A stretch of DNA of 64,000 nucleotides from Nitrospira sp. (GTDB taxonomy: Bacteria > Nitrospirota > Nitrospiria > Nitrospirales > Nitrospiraceae). The notes under the pieces were generated by a model. The model saw only the letters and a list, made by a program, of their open reading frames with translations. It did not search any database and was not told where the DNA came from. Positions 29,398-39,826 of the stretch are shown piece after piece (position 1 is the first letter of the stretch; each line of letters starts with the position of its first letter). Made by a program: the position numbers and the translations under genes. The stretch spans positions 672,001 through 736,000 of the forward strand of contig AP038806.1 in the NCBI GenBank assembly GCA_047150005.1. The letters are read 5' to 3'.

Positions 29398-30308
29398 GGA
29401 AGGTCCTCGAAATGGGTCAACCGCTTGAAGGCTCTGAAGCGCTCCTGAATCTCTTTGTAATCCAGGATGCGCAAACGGTCAAGACTAAAGGCTTCTACGG
29501 TAAAGGAGGCCATGACGCTTCCGAAAATGATGGCTTGCTTGAACGCTTCGGGAGATCGGTTTCCGGTTGCGGCCAAGTGTCCCAGAAAACCGCCGGCAAA
29601 GGTATCGCCGGCCCCCGTCGGGTCGCGCACATCATCGAGCGGAAAGGCCGGAGCGCCAAACACCTGTTTTTCATTGAACATCAGGACGCCATACTCACCC
29701 CGTTTGATGATCAAATGCTTCGGCCCGCGCGCCAGCACTTTCTGCGCCACCTTGACTAGGTTGGAATCTTCACCCAGGGCACGCGCCTCGCCGTCATTGA
29801 TGATCAGGATGTCCACCTTCTCCAATTCCTTCCACAGAGCTTCGCGCTTGCCGTTGATCCAGAAGTTCATGGTGTCGCACGCGACGAGTGGAGGCCGCGG
29901 CAGCTTGTTGAGCACGTCCAATTGCAGTTCCGGATCGATATTTCCCAGGAACAGTACGTCCGGGGTTCGATAGTTGTCCGGAATCTTCGGACGAAAGGTT
30001 TCGAAGACGTTGAGTTTGGTATCCAGCGTGTGCGCCTCGTTGAGCTGGTGCGTGTATTCTCCTTTCCACCGGAACGTGGCGCCCGGCCGTCGTTCCAATC
30101 CAGCGAGATCGATCTTCCGGCTTTTCAGAAACATGAGATGCTGTGAGGGAAAATCTTCACCCACCACGGCGATCAAATTGACGTCCGCAAAATAACTCGC
30201 CGAAGTGGAGAAGTAGGTGGCCGAACCGCCCAGCACGTCCTCTACCGCTCCGAACGGCGTCTTGACTGTATCCAATGCGACCGACCCGACAACCAACAAC
30301 GTACCCAT
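29394..30308 (-). CDS. PfkB-family carbohydrate/nucleoside kinase
   Basis: GSVALD, GGSATY, DPTGAGDTFAGG. Confidence 0.92.
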   Translation of the reverse strand: MGTLLVVGSVALDTVKTPFGAVEDVLGGSATYFSTSASYFADVNLIAVVGEDFPSQHLMFLKSRKIDLAGLERRPGATFRWKGEYTHQLNEAHTLDTKLNVFETFRPKIPDNYRTPDVLFLGNIDPELQLDVLNKLPRPPLVACDTMNFWINGKREALWKELEKVDILIINDGEARALGEDSNLVKVAQKVLARGPKHLIIKRGEYGVLMFNEKQVFGAPAFPLDDVRDPTGAGDTFAGGFLGHLAATGNRSPEAFKQAIIFGSVMASFTVEAFSLDRLRILDYKEIQERFRAFKRLTHFEDLP

Positions 30309-30312
30309 GAAA

Positions 30313-31242
30313 TCACCGTTTTCCTTTCGCGGGAGACAGGCGGTCGGTCAGGACCGCCAATGTGCGGCGAAGAGCAGCCGGAATCCGCGCGGGATCCGTC
30401 ACGATGGCATCGTGCAACGCCCGCTGGCAGACGCATTCGTCGCCTGCCGACGCCGACTGGACTGAAACCTGGAGCAGCCGTTTCGCCAAGGCCACATTCT
30501 GCCGCAGCGTCGCGAGAATCGCCTCGACGGTCACCGGCTCTTCCGTCTTATGCCAGCAATCATAGTCGGTCGCCAAGGCGACCGTGGCATAACAGAGTTC
30601 CGCTTCCCGAGCCAGCTTGGCCTCCGGAAGATTGGTCATGCCGATGACACTAACGCCCCACTGCCGATACAGGTGCGATTCGGCTTTGGTCGAGAACTGA
30701 GGCCCTTCGATGCAGACATACGTGCCGCCGTCATGAACCGTCGCTCCGACGGAACGGGCCGCAGTCGAGAGATGAGAAGCCAGAGAACGACAGATCGGGT
30801 CGCCGAAGGCCACGTGCGCCACCGCCCCACCCTCGAAGAATGTCGACGCCCTGCGTTTCGTCAGGTCGATGAACTGATCCGGGAAGACGACGTCCCCCGG
30901 CTTGATCGATTCCTTCATGCTTCCGACCGCGCTGACCGAAATGAGCCGCCGGATGCCTAGGGATTTCAGCGCATACACGTTGGCCCGATAATTGATCTCC
31001 GACGGGCTGCGCGTATGTCCCCGTCCGTGGCGCGACAGGAACGCGATGCGGATCCCGTCCAATTCTCCCAGTATGACGGCGTCGGACGGGGAACCGAACG
31101 GAGTCCGCAGCCTCGCTTCTTTGACATGCCTCAGTCCGTCCAGGTCGTATAGCCCGCTCCCCCCGATGATGCCGATGTCCGCCTGCACCACCCGTCCTCG
31201 TTGCTTCATGATGTCATCGTCTCGCTTTCCCTTTGAGAACAC
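30313..31242 (-). CDS. mtnP: S-methyl-5'-thioadenosine phosphorylase
   Basis: IGIIGGSG, RHGRGH, EGPQFST.AES, GMTNLPEAKLAREA, TDYDCW. Start may be 31209. Confidence 0.93.
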   Translation of the reverse strand: MFSKGKRDDDIMKQRGRVVQADIGIIGGSGLYDLDGLRHVKEARLRTPFGSPSDAVILGELDGIRIAFLSRHGRGHTRSPSEINYRANVYALKSLGIRRLISVSAVGSMKESIKPGDVVFPDQFIDLTKRRASTFFEGGAVAHVAFGDPICRSLASHLSTAARSVGATVHDGGTYVCIEGPQFSTKAESHLYRQWGVSVIGMTNLPEAKLAREAELCYATVALATDYDCWHKTEEPVTVEAILATLRQNVALAKRLLQVSVQSASAGDECVCQRALHDAIVTDPARIPAALRRTLAVLTDRLSPAKGKR

Positions 31243-31260
31243 GAGGTCTGTCTCGACCCG

Positions 31261-32259
31261 CTACAGCGCGGCCAGAAACCGGTCGATTCGCTCCGTCACA
31301 CGGGCGGCGGTGCGCTCGGGAGATTCGGCCTCCTCGATCGTGAGCCACTGGACGGCGGGTTCGCGGCGAAACCACGTCAACTGGCGCTTGGCAAAGTGTC
31401 TGGTATCCCGCTTGAATCGTCGGACCATTTCGGAGTACTCGCAGTCTCCGGCGAGAAAGTCCGCCGCTTGGCGGTACCCGAGCCCCTTCATCGCAGAACT
31501 CTCCCGATGATATCCCTGTGCCAGCAATTGGGCCGTCTCATCAAGAAACCCGTGTTCCAGCTGCCAATCGATTCGCGCCTCGATTCGGCGGTACAACACC
31601 TCGCGATTTCGATCGAGCCCGACCAACAGCGCGCGATACGGTTGATCATTGAACGCATGCGACGTGTGAAAGGCGGACATCGGCTTCCCCGACAGCTGAT
31701 GCACTTCCAGCGCGCGGATCACCTTTGCGCTATCGTGCGGGTGCAATTTGGATGCAGAAACCGGATCCACCGACACCAATCGGCCGTACAAGGATTCGGC
31801 TCCGAATTCTCTCGCCTCTTCCAGCAATTGAGCACGGACCGCCGGCTGGGCGGGAGGAGCCTCACAGAGTCCCCTCACCAGAGTCCGCACGTACAATCCG
31901 GTCCCTCCGACCACCAACGGTATCAACCGCAAGCCATGTAACCGATCGATCTCGTCCATGGCGTGGCGGCGGTAGAGGCCGGCATTGAATGGTTGATCCG
32001 GTCTGACCAAATCGATCAAGCGATGGGGGATTCCCTGCCGCTCGGAAAGAGTCGGCTTATCGGTGCCCAGATCCATTCCGCAATACACCTGGCGTGAATC
32101 CGCGGTCAGCACATCCGTGTTGAAATGCTTGGCCACTTCCACGGCGACGCGGCTCTTTCCCACCGCCGTCGGGCCGATGATCACGACCAGCGGCTTCAGT
32201 CGGACCTGCGCTTCAGTCAGAAAAGGCATTGGAAGGAGTGCGGCCGGCGTCACGACCAC
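31261..32259 (-). CDS. miaA: tRNA dimethylallyltransferase
   Basis: GPTAVGKS, DSRQVY.GMDLGT.KP, VGGTGLY, AKRQLTWFR. Confidence 0.95.
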   Translation of the reverse strand: MVVTPAALLPMPFLTEAQVRLKPLVVIIGPTAVGKSRVAVEVAKHFNTDVLTADSRQVYCGMDLGTDKPTLSERQGIPHRLIDLVRPDQPFNAGLYRRHAMDEIDRLHGLRLIPLVVGGTGLYVRTLVRGLCEAPPAQPAVRAQLLEEAREFGAESLYGRLVSVDPVSASKLHPHDSAKVIRALEVHQLSGKPMSAFHTSHAFNDQPYRALLVGLDRNREVLYRRIEARIDWQLEHGFLDETAQLLAQGYHRESSAMKGLGYRQAADFLAGDCEYSEMVRRFKRDTRHFAKRQLTWFRREPAVQWLTIEEAESPERTAARVTERIDRFLAAL

Positions 32260-34043
32260 CCAACCCGCCCGAAGAGCTTGTCGAGCTCATCCGTCGACAT
32301 CCTGTACGCCGTGCGGCGGCCGTGAGGGCAGGTCATGACGAGCCCCTCCTCGACCCAATCCCGCACCAATTGCCGAATCTCCGGCAGCGTCATGTGCCGT
32401 CCGGCTCGAACCGCGCTGTGGCAGGCCAGGGAGGCCAGCACGGGTGCAACTCGATCGTCGAGCGAAGAGACACGGTCCCATTGCGCAAGATCATCCAGCA
32501 GATCTCGCAGGAGCGAGGCGATGTCCATAACGCCGGTTCCGACCGGAACGGATCGTACGGCCACGGCCGTCCCCCCGAACGGTTCGATGGCCAGCCCCAG
32601 CGTTTCCAATTCCTCGAGATGCTTCGTCAAGAGAGCAAATTGCGCCGCCGGCAACTCGACTGTTTCCGGAATCAACAGCGGCTGTGATGCCAGTTCCCGC
32701 CGCTGCCATGTTCGATGGATTCGTTGGAACAGCACGCGCTCATGGGCGGTATGTTGATCGATGACATGCAGTTCCTGCCCTACCTGTGCGATGACATAGC
32801 GGCGGAGCATTTGACCGAACGGCATGATGTCAGGCAACGAGTCATTCCCGTACGATGTCTCGAACTCCCGAACCCAGGTCAGTTGATGGTCGGAAACCGG
32901 TTCGGATACCGGCCCTTCCTGCCGATGTGCGCGTGATTCGTGCCCGGTCTCTTCCACCGATATGCCGGCCGGCGACGCGTCATAAAGCCGGACCCGTAGA
33001 CGATCGTTCGCAATGGCCGGCGCCACCGTCCGCTCCGAACCGCTGAAGACGCGCCGCAGGGTCTGAGCGACCAACTGATGAATCCGGTCGGTCTCGGCAA
33101 AGCGAATTTCCCGCTTCGCGGGGTGCACATTCACATCGAGCTTGTCAGGATCCGCTTCGAGATACAGGACGAACGTCGGATGACAGCCTTTGGCGAGCAG
33201 CGAGGCATATCCCCCCGTGACGGCATGAAACACGGCTGAACTGCGCACCGGTCGCCGGTTCACTAGAAGATCCTGCGGAGTCTTCGCCGTCCGCGCCTGG
33301 ACCGGATCGACCACCACGCCTCGGATCACATAGCCGGTAATACGGCCCAGGACCTCGACGGTGGAGGTCAGGAATGTCCGGCCATAGACCTGCAGGATGC
33401 GGTCTCGCTCCTCGGTGACGGCGGGATAATTCAGGATTTCCTGGCCGTTGTGGGTCAATCGAAAGTGCACCGAGGGCCAGGCCAACGCAGCCTGCTGCAC
33501 GGCGTGACTGATATGGGAAAATTCCGTGCTTCTCGCTCTGAGAAATTTCTTCCGGGCCGGCTGATTATAAAACAGATCGGAAACGTCGAGCCTCGTCCCC
33601 GGAACGGGCGGTGCATCGGTCACCGCGCCGGCCACACCTCCGACCAACGTCAGCTGCGTGCCGACCGCCTCGCGGCCGGTGAACGTCGTGACGGCCACCT
33701 TGGACACCGAAGCGATGCTCGGCAAGGCTTCGCCGCGAAACCCCATCGTCGTGACGGAAGTCAAATCTTGGTCGGATGTGAGCTTGCTGGTCGCATGACG
33801 CTGGAAGGCGAGAGGTAGATCGATCCGACCAATCCCGGCCCCGTCGTCCGTCACGCGGATGAGGGACAGGCCGCCATCTTTGACCTCGATCGAGATCCGG
33901 TGGCTCCCCGCGTCAAGGCTGTTCTCCACCAATTCCTTGACGACGGCCGCCGGGCGCTCGATGACTTCTCCGGCCGCGATCCGGCTGACCACGTCGCCCG
34001 GCAGAATGTGGATGGTGGGAGCGCAGCCGGCAACGGCCATCAA
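32250..34043 (-). CDS. mutL: DNA mismatch repair endonuclease MutL
   Basis: IAAGEVIERP, GFRGEAL, DVNVHPAK, DQHTAHER, ACH, CPHGR. Confidence 0.96.
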   Translation of the reverse strand: MMAVAGCAPTIHILPGDVVSRIAAGEVIERPAAVVKELVENSLDAGSHRISIEVKDGGLSLIRVTDDGAGIGRIDLPLAFQRHATSKLTSDQDLTSVTTMGFRGEALPSIASVSKVAVTTFTGREAVGTQLTLVGGVAGAVTDAPPVPGTRLDVSDLFYNQPARKKFLRARSTEFSHISHAVQQAALAWPSVHFRLTHNGQEILNYPAVTEERDRILQVYGRTFLTSTVEVLGRITGYVIRGVVVDPVQARTAKTPQDLLVNRRPVRSSAVFHAVTGGYASLLAKGCHPTFVLYLEADPDKLDVNVHPAKREIRFAETDRIHQLVAQTLRRVFSGSERTVAPAIANDRLRVRLYDASPAGISVEETGHESRAHRQEGPVSEPVSDHQLTWVREFETSYGNDSLPDIMPFGQMLRRYVIAQVGQELHVIDQHTAHERVLFQRIHRTWQRRELASQPLLIPETVELPAAQFALLTKHLEELETLGLAIEPFGGTAVAVRSVPVGTGVMDIASLLRDLLDDLAQWDRVSSLDDRVAPVLASLACHSAVRAGRHMTLPEIRQLVRDWVEEGLVMTCPHGRRTAYRMSTDELDKLFGRVGWS

Positions 34044-34103
34044 ATCAGACTCCGGAGGAGCGGAGGAGGAGCGTCGCAGTATGGGAACCGGATGCGAACG
34101 GGA

Positions 34104-34871
34104 TCATCGGATTTCTGCCAGCTTGTTCTTGGCCAGTTTCGCCTCATCGGACGTTGGGAACTCTTCGATCACCCGCTTGAGATTTTTCTTCGACTTGGCC
34201 AGGTCGCCGGTTTCCCCCGCAGCCAACCCGAGCTTGAAGAGAGAGGCGGGCACCTTCTCATTGCCGGGGTATTCGGTGGACACATACTCAAACGATTGCA
34301 TCGCCCGGACATAGTCCTTTTGCTGATAGTAGGATTCACCGAGCCAGTAGTAAGCGTTCGGCGTCAGCGACGTGCCGGGAAAATCCTTCACAAACCGTTG
34401 AAACCCTGAGACCGCCAGATCGTACTTGCCGTTGAGATAATCGTTGTACGCCAAGTTGAATGCCGAGGTCGGGGTGATGGCCGGCACTCCCGGGATCGCC
34501 GGTGGTTCCATCGAGCCGCCGGGCTTCTGGGACTTGGATCGGGCAGGCTCGCTCGGCCCCGGCTCGATCCTGGCGAACGACGAGCCTGCGGCGTTCTCTT
34601 CGACTTTGGCGAGCCGGCTCTCAAGCTTCTGAATCCGAGCGGACACTTCGTCGAACTTTGGCCTGGCGCCGTCGCCGTCCTTGATTCGTTCCATCGTCTC
34701 CATCCGGCGCTGCAGGGCATCCAGTCGCTTCTGATCCTGCTCTTGAGATTTGGCCATCGTCGCCAAATGCTCACGCAACTCGATAAAATCAGCATGTTTT
34801 GCGCATCCGGACAGGAAGAGAAGCCCGGCTGCTGTCATGGCCGCTCCGCAAACCGATGTGAGTGTCCCCAT
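34104..34871 (-). CDS. cpoB: Tol-Pal associated protein CpoB/YbgF (copy 2)
   Basis: Lipobox LSGC; coiled coil; TPR NAYYWLGESYY...KVPASLFKLG. Confidence 0.85.
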   Translation of the reverse strand: MGTLTSVCGAAMTAAGLLFLSGCAKHADFIELREHLATMAKSQEQDQKRLDALQRRMETMERIKDGDGARPKFDEVSARIQKLESRLAKVEENAAGSSFARIEPGPSEPARSKSQKPGGSMEPPAIPGVPAITPTSAFNLAYNDYLNGKYDLAVSGFQRFVKDFPGTSLTPNAYYWLGESYYQQKDYVRAMQSFEYVSTEYPGNEKVPASLFKLGLAAGETGDLAKSKKNLKRVIEEFPTSDEAKLAKNKLAEIR

Positions 34872-34876
34872 CGCCG

Positions 34877-36448
34877 TTATCGGGTCTCCTTCAACTGAGC
34901 CAGCTTGTCGTACGCCTTGCCGGCCTCCAAACTTTTCGGATACAAGGTCACCACTTGCTTGAACGCGGAGGATGCGCGTTTCTTGTCTTTCAATGCCAAG
35001 TAGGCGTAGCCCTTCTTGAGAATCGCCGCGGGAACTTTTTCGCTCTGCGGGTAATCCATCTCGACACGATCATACGCGTCGATCGCCTGCTTGTAATCCT
35101 TCTTGCCGTAGTGGGATTCCCCGAGCCAATACCGGGCGTTGGGCGCGAGATCGGAGTTAGGATATTGGCTCAGGAAGGCGGTGAAGCCCCGTCGCGCTCC
35201 CTCCAGGTCGCCGTCCCGGAACAACCCGAGAAGATGCTCATACTCCGCCTTGTCCGGTCGGTCGGAAGTCCGTCCTTGGACGGGTTTCGCGGCCTCATCC
35301 GAATCCTCGGAAGCAGCCGGCCGATCGACGGCCATTGGGGTATGCTCCGGCACTTGCGTCGAGACGGATGCCACGGCGGTTTCCTTCTCCTGCTGTGCAG
35401 GGCTCTCCTGAAGTGGCACGGGAGGGATGGGAACCGGGGCTACTGCAGGTTGTTGGGTCGACTTGGTGGCCTGCAGGTGTTGCCCGTTCTTCACGGCACC
35501 CTGAGCTTGGACCTCCCGCGACATCTGATCCAGCATCCTCGTCAGCGTATCGAGCCGCTGATCCTGTTCATCCAGGCGGGTCGCGAGCTTTTGAGCGACG
35601 GAGGCGACGCTCTTGTTCACTTCATTCAAATGACCGGTCACTGCCTTGGTCGTTTCGTTGATATGGGTCGTGGAGGCCTTGGCATCGGCTTCTACCTTCG
35701 AAGTCATGGCGCGATTGGCCTGCTCCTCTTGTCCCATCCGCTCGTTCAACTGGCCCACTCGCTCATTCAAGCCCGTCAGCGATTCTCGAAATCCGGTCAG
35801 GGCCTGACTGAACTGAGTGAATTTGTTCGCCAGCTGCTCCGTACGGGCCTGATTCTCCGTCAAGGTCTTACGCTGCTCGTCCAGTTTGACATCCACATTT
35901 TTCACGAACGCGGCGTTGGATTTCTGCACCACTTCGATGATGTCTTTCCGCAACGACTCCACCTGCCGGTTGATTTCATCGAGTCGATTGTTGACCTCGC
36001 CGCGCAACTGGTCCCGATCGGCCTTGCTCTTCGTATCCTGGGCATTGAGACTTTCGCGAAGCTGCGAGTACCGCGCGGTATTCTCCGTCTCAAGATTCTT
36101 GGCCCAATGGTCCAGCTTCTGGTCCAGTTTCTTGGTCTGCTGTTCCAGCCCGGCCGAACGCTGCTTCAGGTCTTCCTGCTTGCCTTGGAGATCCTGGGTC
36201 AGATGCTGCACACGATCCAGGTCGCCCCGCAACCGCGGAATCTCCTGTCCCTTGATTTCCTCCAACTCCTGCCGTTGTTGGGCGCCGCGCTGCGCCAGTT
36301 CTTCGTTCGACTGCTTGATGCTCTTCTGCAGCTGGCGCTCCGTGGTCTTCAGATCCGCCTGCTGTGCAACGCAGCCGCCCATGCCCAATGCCCACACCAC
36401 GCCGCCCGCTGCCGTCCACAACCGCATGACGTTCGCTTCATGCTTCAT
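34877..36448 (-). CDS. cpoB: CpoB/YbgF paralog with very long coiled coil (copy 1)
   Basis: Lipobox MGGC; roughly 300-aa coiled coil; C-terminal TPR NARYWLGESHY...KVPAAILKKG. Start moved to 36448. Confidence 0.8.
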   Translation of the reverse strand: MKHEANVMRLWTAAGGVVWALGMGGCVAQQADLKTTERQLQKSIKQSNEELAQRGAQQRQELEEIKGQEIPRLRGDLDRVQHLTQDLQGKQEDLKQRSAGLEQQTKKLDQKLDHWAKNLETENTARYSQLRESLNAQDTKSKADRDQLRGEVNNRLDEINRQVESLRKDIIEVVQKSNAAFVKNVDVKLDEQRKTLTENQARTEQLANKFTQFSQALTGFRESLTGLNERVGQLNERMGQEEQANRAMTSKVEADAKASTTHINETTKAVTGHLNEVNKSVASVAQKLATRLDEQDQRLDTLTRMLDQMSREVQAQGAVKNGQHLQATKSTQQPAVAPVPIPPVPLQESPAQQEKETAVASVSTQVPEHTPMAVDRPAASEDSDEAAKPVQGRTSDRPDKAEYEHLLGLFRDGDLEGARRGFTAFLSQYPNSDLAPNARYWLGESHYGKKDYKQAIDAYDRVEMDYPQSEKVPAAILKKGYAYLALKDKKRASSAFKQVVTLYPKSLEAGKAYDKLAQLKETR

Positions 36449-36518
36449 CGCTGCGATTCCCTCTTCGATTCGTCCATTTCCGGTCGGCTCGGAGATCCGC
36501 CTTGGTGTGGGCACCGGG

Positions 36519-37286
36519 TTATTTGCCTGTTCGGACCACCAAGTGACCGCGCCGGTTCTGCTGGTAGCACGCCTCCGCATGGTCGTTGCAGAACGGGCGC
36601 TCCTTGCCGTAGGAAACGACCGACAGTCGATTGGCACCGATGCCCAGTTCGACCAGGTAGTTCCTCACCGCTTTGGCACGCTTCTCTCCCAGCACCAGAT
36701 TGTACGCGGCAGTGCCCCGCTCATCGCAATGGCCTTCCACCTTGATCATCGCGCTCGGATTGGATTTCATCCAGTCGGCATCGCGGCCGAGCGATTGCCG
36801 GCCCTCCTCTGAAATTGTCCAACTATCATAGCCGAAAAAGACATCCCGCAACCCGGCTGCCGCAGAAGCGGCCTGCTCCGCCCTGATCTCGTCGAGCTGG
36901 CGCCCGGCGCTTTCCGACGGATCCGCCTTGGCGAGCAGCGTACCGTTGCCGGCGGTGCCGCCTGGGCCGCTGCCGGAACCACCGCCGAGACTACTGCTGG
37001 GGCCGCCGCCTGGACCACCGCCGAGGCGTTCTTCAGAAGGATTCTTATCGAGGCCCTTCAGACCGCCGCTCCCGGATTGCATGCTCGTATCGGGAAAACT
37101 TCCCACTCCCGGTTTCATGCTGCTCGAGGAACCCGAACCGGATCCGGCAGCCCCGGCCTTTGCCGCAGCCTGCTGTGCGGTTTGGTCTCCCGCGGACTGA
37201 ACGCCCTTCTTCGCGCAACCGGCCGGGCCGATCAGCAGAGCGGTCGCGATCAAGGCGATGGGAAATATCTTAGGCATCGTACGCAT
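36519..37286 (-). CDS. pal: Peptidoglycan-associated lipoprotein with long Gly/Ser linker
   Basis: Lipobox PAGC; VEGHCDERGT..YNLVLGEKRA; SYGKERP; NRR. Confidence 0.93.
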   Translation of the reverse strand: MRTMPKIFPIALIATALLIGPAGCAKKGVQSAGDQTAQQAAAKAGAAGSGSGSSSSMKPGVGSFPDTSMQSGSGGLKGLDKNPSEERLGGGPGGGPSSSLGGGSGSGPGGTAGNGTLLAKADPSESAGRQLDEIRAEQAASAAAGLRDVFFGYDSWTISEEGRQSLGRDADWMKSNPSAMIKVEGHCDERGTAAYNLVLGEKRAKAVRNYLVELGIGANRLSVVSYGKERPFCNDHAEACYQQNRRGHLVVRTGK

Positions 37287-37350
37287 GGGGCAGTCTCCTC
37301 TTTGAAAGTTGGTGTTCATTATAAACAAGCAGTCGAAGTTCCGGACGACC

Positions 37351-38694
37351 TCAGGACGCAGGCGACCAAGACGGTGCGCTGTTATGCGTCCCTTCAAACG
37401 TCAGGCGCTCCATATTCTTGCCGTCCGAATCGATCATATAGATATGGCTCTTCCCGTCCGCCGAAGAACTGTAGACCAAATGTCGGCCGTCTGGGGACCA
37501 AGAAGGGGAATCGTCCACCCCGGGGCCTGCAGTCAATTGCATACGCTTCTGCCCGTCAGGGGTAATGACGCACAGCTTATATTCCTTTCGGGGCGTTCGG
37601 CAAACATAGGCGATCCAGTTTCCGCGCGGCGACCAGGCTGGAGCGGCATTGTAATCCCCTTCGAACGTCAATCGCCGCACATTCGATCCGTCGGCACTCA
37701 TTAAGAAGACTTGCGGTCCGCCCCCTCTATCGGACACAAAAGCAAGTTCCCTACCAGTGGGAGACCACGACGGAGACAGATCGCCCGACGGATTCACCGT
37801 CAGACGCTGGTTGGCTTTGGTCCTGGTATCCAGACGATAAATTTCTGAATTGCCTTCATAACTGGAGGCGAACGCCAGAAAATTCCCGTCCGGGGACAGA
37901 GCCGGGGTGATATTCAATCCTCCCTGCGAGAAGATCGTCCATCGCTTGCCGGTCGCCAGCTCGATCATATCAATGTCCTGGGTGTTGCGGTCCCGATAGG
38001 CCGTGAAGACGAGGAACCGGCGATCAGGCGACCATCGTGGCATGAGGTTGAGAAACCCGTCCGCCGTCAATTGGCGCGCATCGTAGCCGTCATAGTCCAT
38101 CACATAGAGTTCGCGCGCGGCGCCCTGCGCCGCCACATAGGCGATCTTCGTCCTGGCGATTCCCGGCTCACCGGTGTAGCGGAACACAAGCTCGTCCGCA
38201 AATCGATGGGCCATCAATCGAACCACGGAGGGGGAACCGGCATAGCGCTTTCCGCCCACGACCTCGTCGCTGCCGCTGTCGTAAACGAACCCCTCCATGT
38301 TGACGTCCGCATCCTTCTCTCCTTCTTTCAGGCCCGCTTTGCCCCAGACAAGCACCGACACACCGTTCTCGGCCGCCTGCTTGAAGACGGACGTGGACCC
38401 GCTGCCCGTGCCGTTTCCGACGTCGCGAACCTTGATCCCCAGACTGGGGAGATCCACCAACTCGAAGATCAGCGAGCGCTTCACATCCTTTTTCAAGACC
38501 TCTTCCAGCCGGCCGCCGAGCCATTCGGGGCCGCCTCCGTTCTGGATGCCGAGCACGCCCAACGAAATTTTCTGAAAGTCCGGCCGTGTCGCTTCCAAGA
38601 AGACGTCAGCCGCTCCCGACTCCAGAATCCCCACGGCGCCGGCCGCAAGGAGCAGCACAACCAGCGCTGCACTGGCCAGTTTCATGACCATCAT
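37351..38694 (-). CDS. tolB: Tol-Pal beta-propeller protein TolB
   Basis: AHRFADE...TG.PG...TKIAYV; repeated P.WSPDG (PD40) blades. Confidence 0.93.
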   Translation of the reverse strand: MMVMKLASAALVVLLLAAGAVGILESGAADVFLEATRPDFQKISLGVLGIQNGGGPEWLGGRLEEVLKKDVKRSLIFELVDLPSLGIKVRDVGNGTGSGSTSVFKQAAENGVSVLVWGKAGLKEGEKDADVNMEGFVYDSGSDEVVGGKRYAGSPSVVRLMAHRFADELVFRYTGEPGIARTKIAYVAAQGAARELYVMDYDGYDARQLTADGFLNLMPRWSPDRRFLVFTAYRDRNTQDIDMIELATGKRWTIFSQGGLNITPALSPDGNFLAFASSYEGNSEIYRLDTRTKANQRLTVNPSGDLSPSWSPTGRELAFVSDRGGGPQVFLMSADGSNVRRLTFEGDYNAAPAWSPRGNWIAYVCRTPRKEYKLCVITPDGQKRMQLTAGPGVDDSPSWSPDGRHLVYSSSADGKSHIYMIDSDGKNMERLTFEGTHNSAPSWSPAS

Positions 38695-39806
38695 CCCAAC
38701 ACCTCTCCTACGCGAAAGACCATCTCGACATCCTGATAGGCCTCGGTCATCTCCGACGGGAACGGAGGAAAGGCGCGGGGTTTTTGCACGGCCCGCTGGC
38801 CCGCCATATCAAAATAGTCGTTCCCCGACGAGTGTTCGATACCGATATTCTTAACCGTACCGTTGCGGTAGAAACGAAACTTCACCACGACACTGTAGGC
38901 GCTGCCGCTGGCGTCAATGGGAGGCGGCTCCCAGTGACTCTTGATGATGGCCTCGACCCTCGCCCAAAACGGATTCGTGCCGGAGGCCCCGGAGGCTTTC
39001 AACATCGTCTGCGGTGCAACCTTCGTCACGGGCATGGAGGCTTCCTGTTGCGGAGGCGCCGTCTTGACCGGAACTTCCTTGGGCATCTCCAACTTGGCGG
39101 CCGGCTGGAAGTGCTTAACCTTCTTCAATTCCTCTTCCAATTCTCGGTTCTGGTCCTCGCTCAGCGACGTCTGCGGTGTCTGTTGGTGAGCCTTCACGGC
39201 CCGGTCTGGCATGGTGTCGGGTATGCGGGGCAAATCCGGAAGCTTCACTCTGGGGGCCGGAGCCTGAGGCTGCGGCTGCGCAACCGTCTTGGCCGGAGTC
39301 AACTCACCGAGTGTCGGGGCATCCGGCGGCAGTTGAAGATCACGCAGAATGTCTTTGGCGATGCTTTGCCGAACCGGGGGTGCGACCGGAACGGGAGGAG
39401 CCGGTGTGGGGACCGGCGCAACCGGAACAGCGGGAGCGACCGGGACGGGAGCCGGCGCCACCTGCTTGGCCGGCGGACTCGGCGGGGCCTGCTTGGCCGG
39501 CGGACTCGGCGCGGCCTGTTTGACCGGCTGAGGCGGAACGCGGCGCGGGTCGGGTGGTTTGGGCTGTTCGACGGCCTTTTGGGCTTCCACACGCTGAACC
39601 GGATTCGGCATACCGACCAGCGACACTTCCACCGATGCCAGCGGGCGTTCGCCCCGTTGCGGAAGACGAAGCCCCGCCACCACGAGGAAGAGGACGATAT
39701 GCAGAAGGAACGAGACCGCCAGTGCTCGCTTCAGCTTCGAGAAAAACCTGCTCTGTTCTTCGACGTCGAACCACTGGAGCGGGTGGACGTGCGTTTGAGC
39801 CGACAT
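38691..39806 (-). CDS. tolA: TolA/TonB-like energy transducer
   Basis: TM helix with SFLLH; Pro-rich linker; C-terminal SSG...FD....RAV....FPP; sits between tolR and tolB. Confidence 0.8.
   Translation of the reverse strand: MSAQTHVHPLQWFDVEEQSRFFSKLKRALAVSFLLHIVLFLVVAGLRLPQRGERPLASVEVSLVGMPNPVQRVEAQKAVEQPKPPDPRRVPPQPVKQAAPSPPAKQAPPSPPAKQVAPAPVPVAPAVPVAPVPTPAPPVPVAPPVRQSIAKDILRDLQLPPDAPTLGELTPAKTVAQPQPQAPAPRVKLPDLPRIPDTMPDRAVKAHQQTPQTSLSEDQNRELEEELKKVKHFQPAAKLEMPKEVPVKTAPPQQEASMPVTKVAPQTMLKASGASGTNPFWARVEAIIKSHWEPPPIDASGSAYSVVVKFRFYRNGTVKNIGIEHSSGNDYFDMAGQRAVQKPRAFPPFPSEMTEAYQDVEMVFRVGEVLG
39461..39528. repeat. 27-bp tandem repeat (about 2.5 copies) within tolA
   Basis: CCTGCTTGGCCGGCGGACTCGGCG(G/C)GG repeated; encodes PAKQAPPSP-type units. 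Confidence 0.8.
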
Positions 39807-39826
39807 ACGACCCGGTGGACTCCTGG

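Noticed and set aside
39461..39528. tolA tandem repeat as a contingency locus
   Set aside because: In-frame 27-bp units in a Pro-rich linker are ordinary for TolA/TonB proteins.
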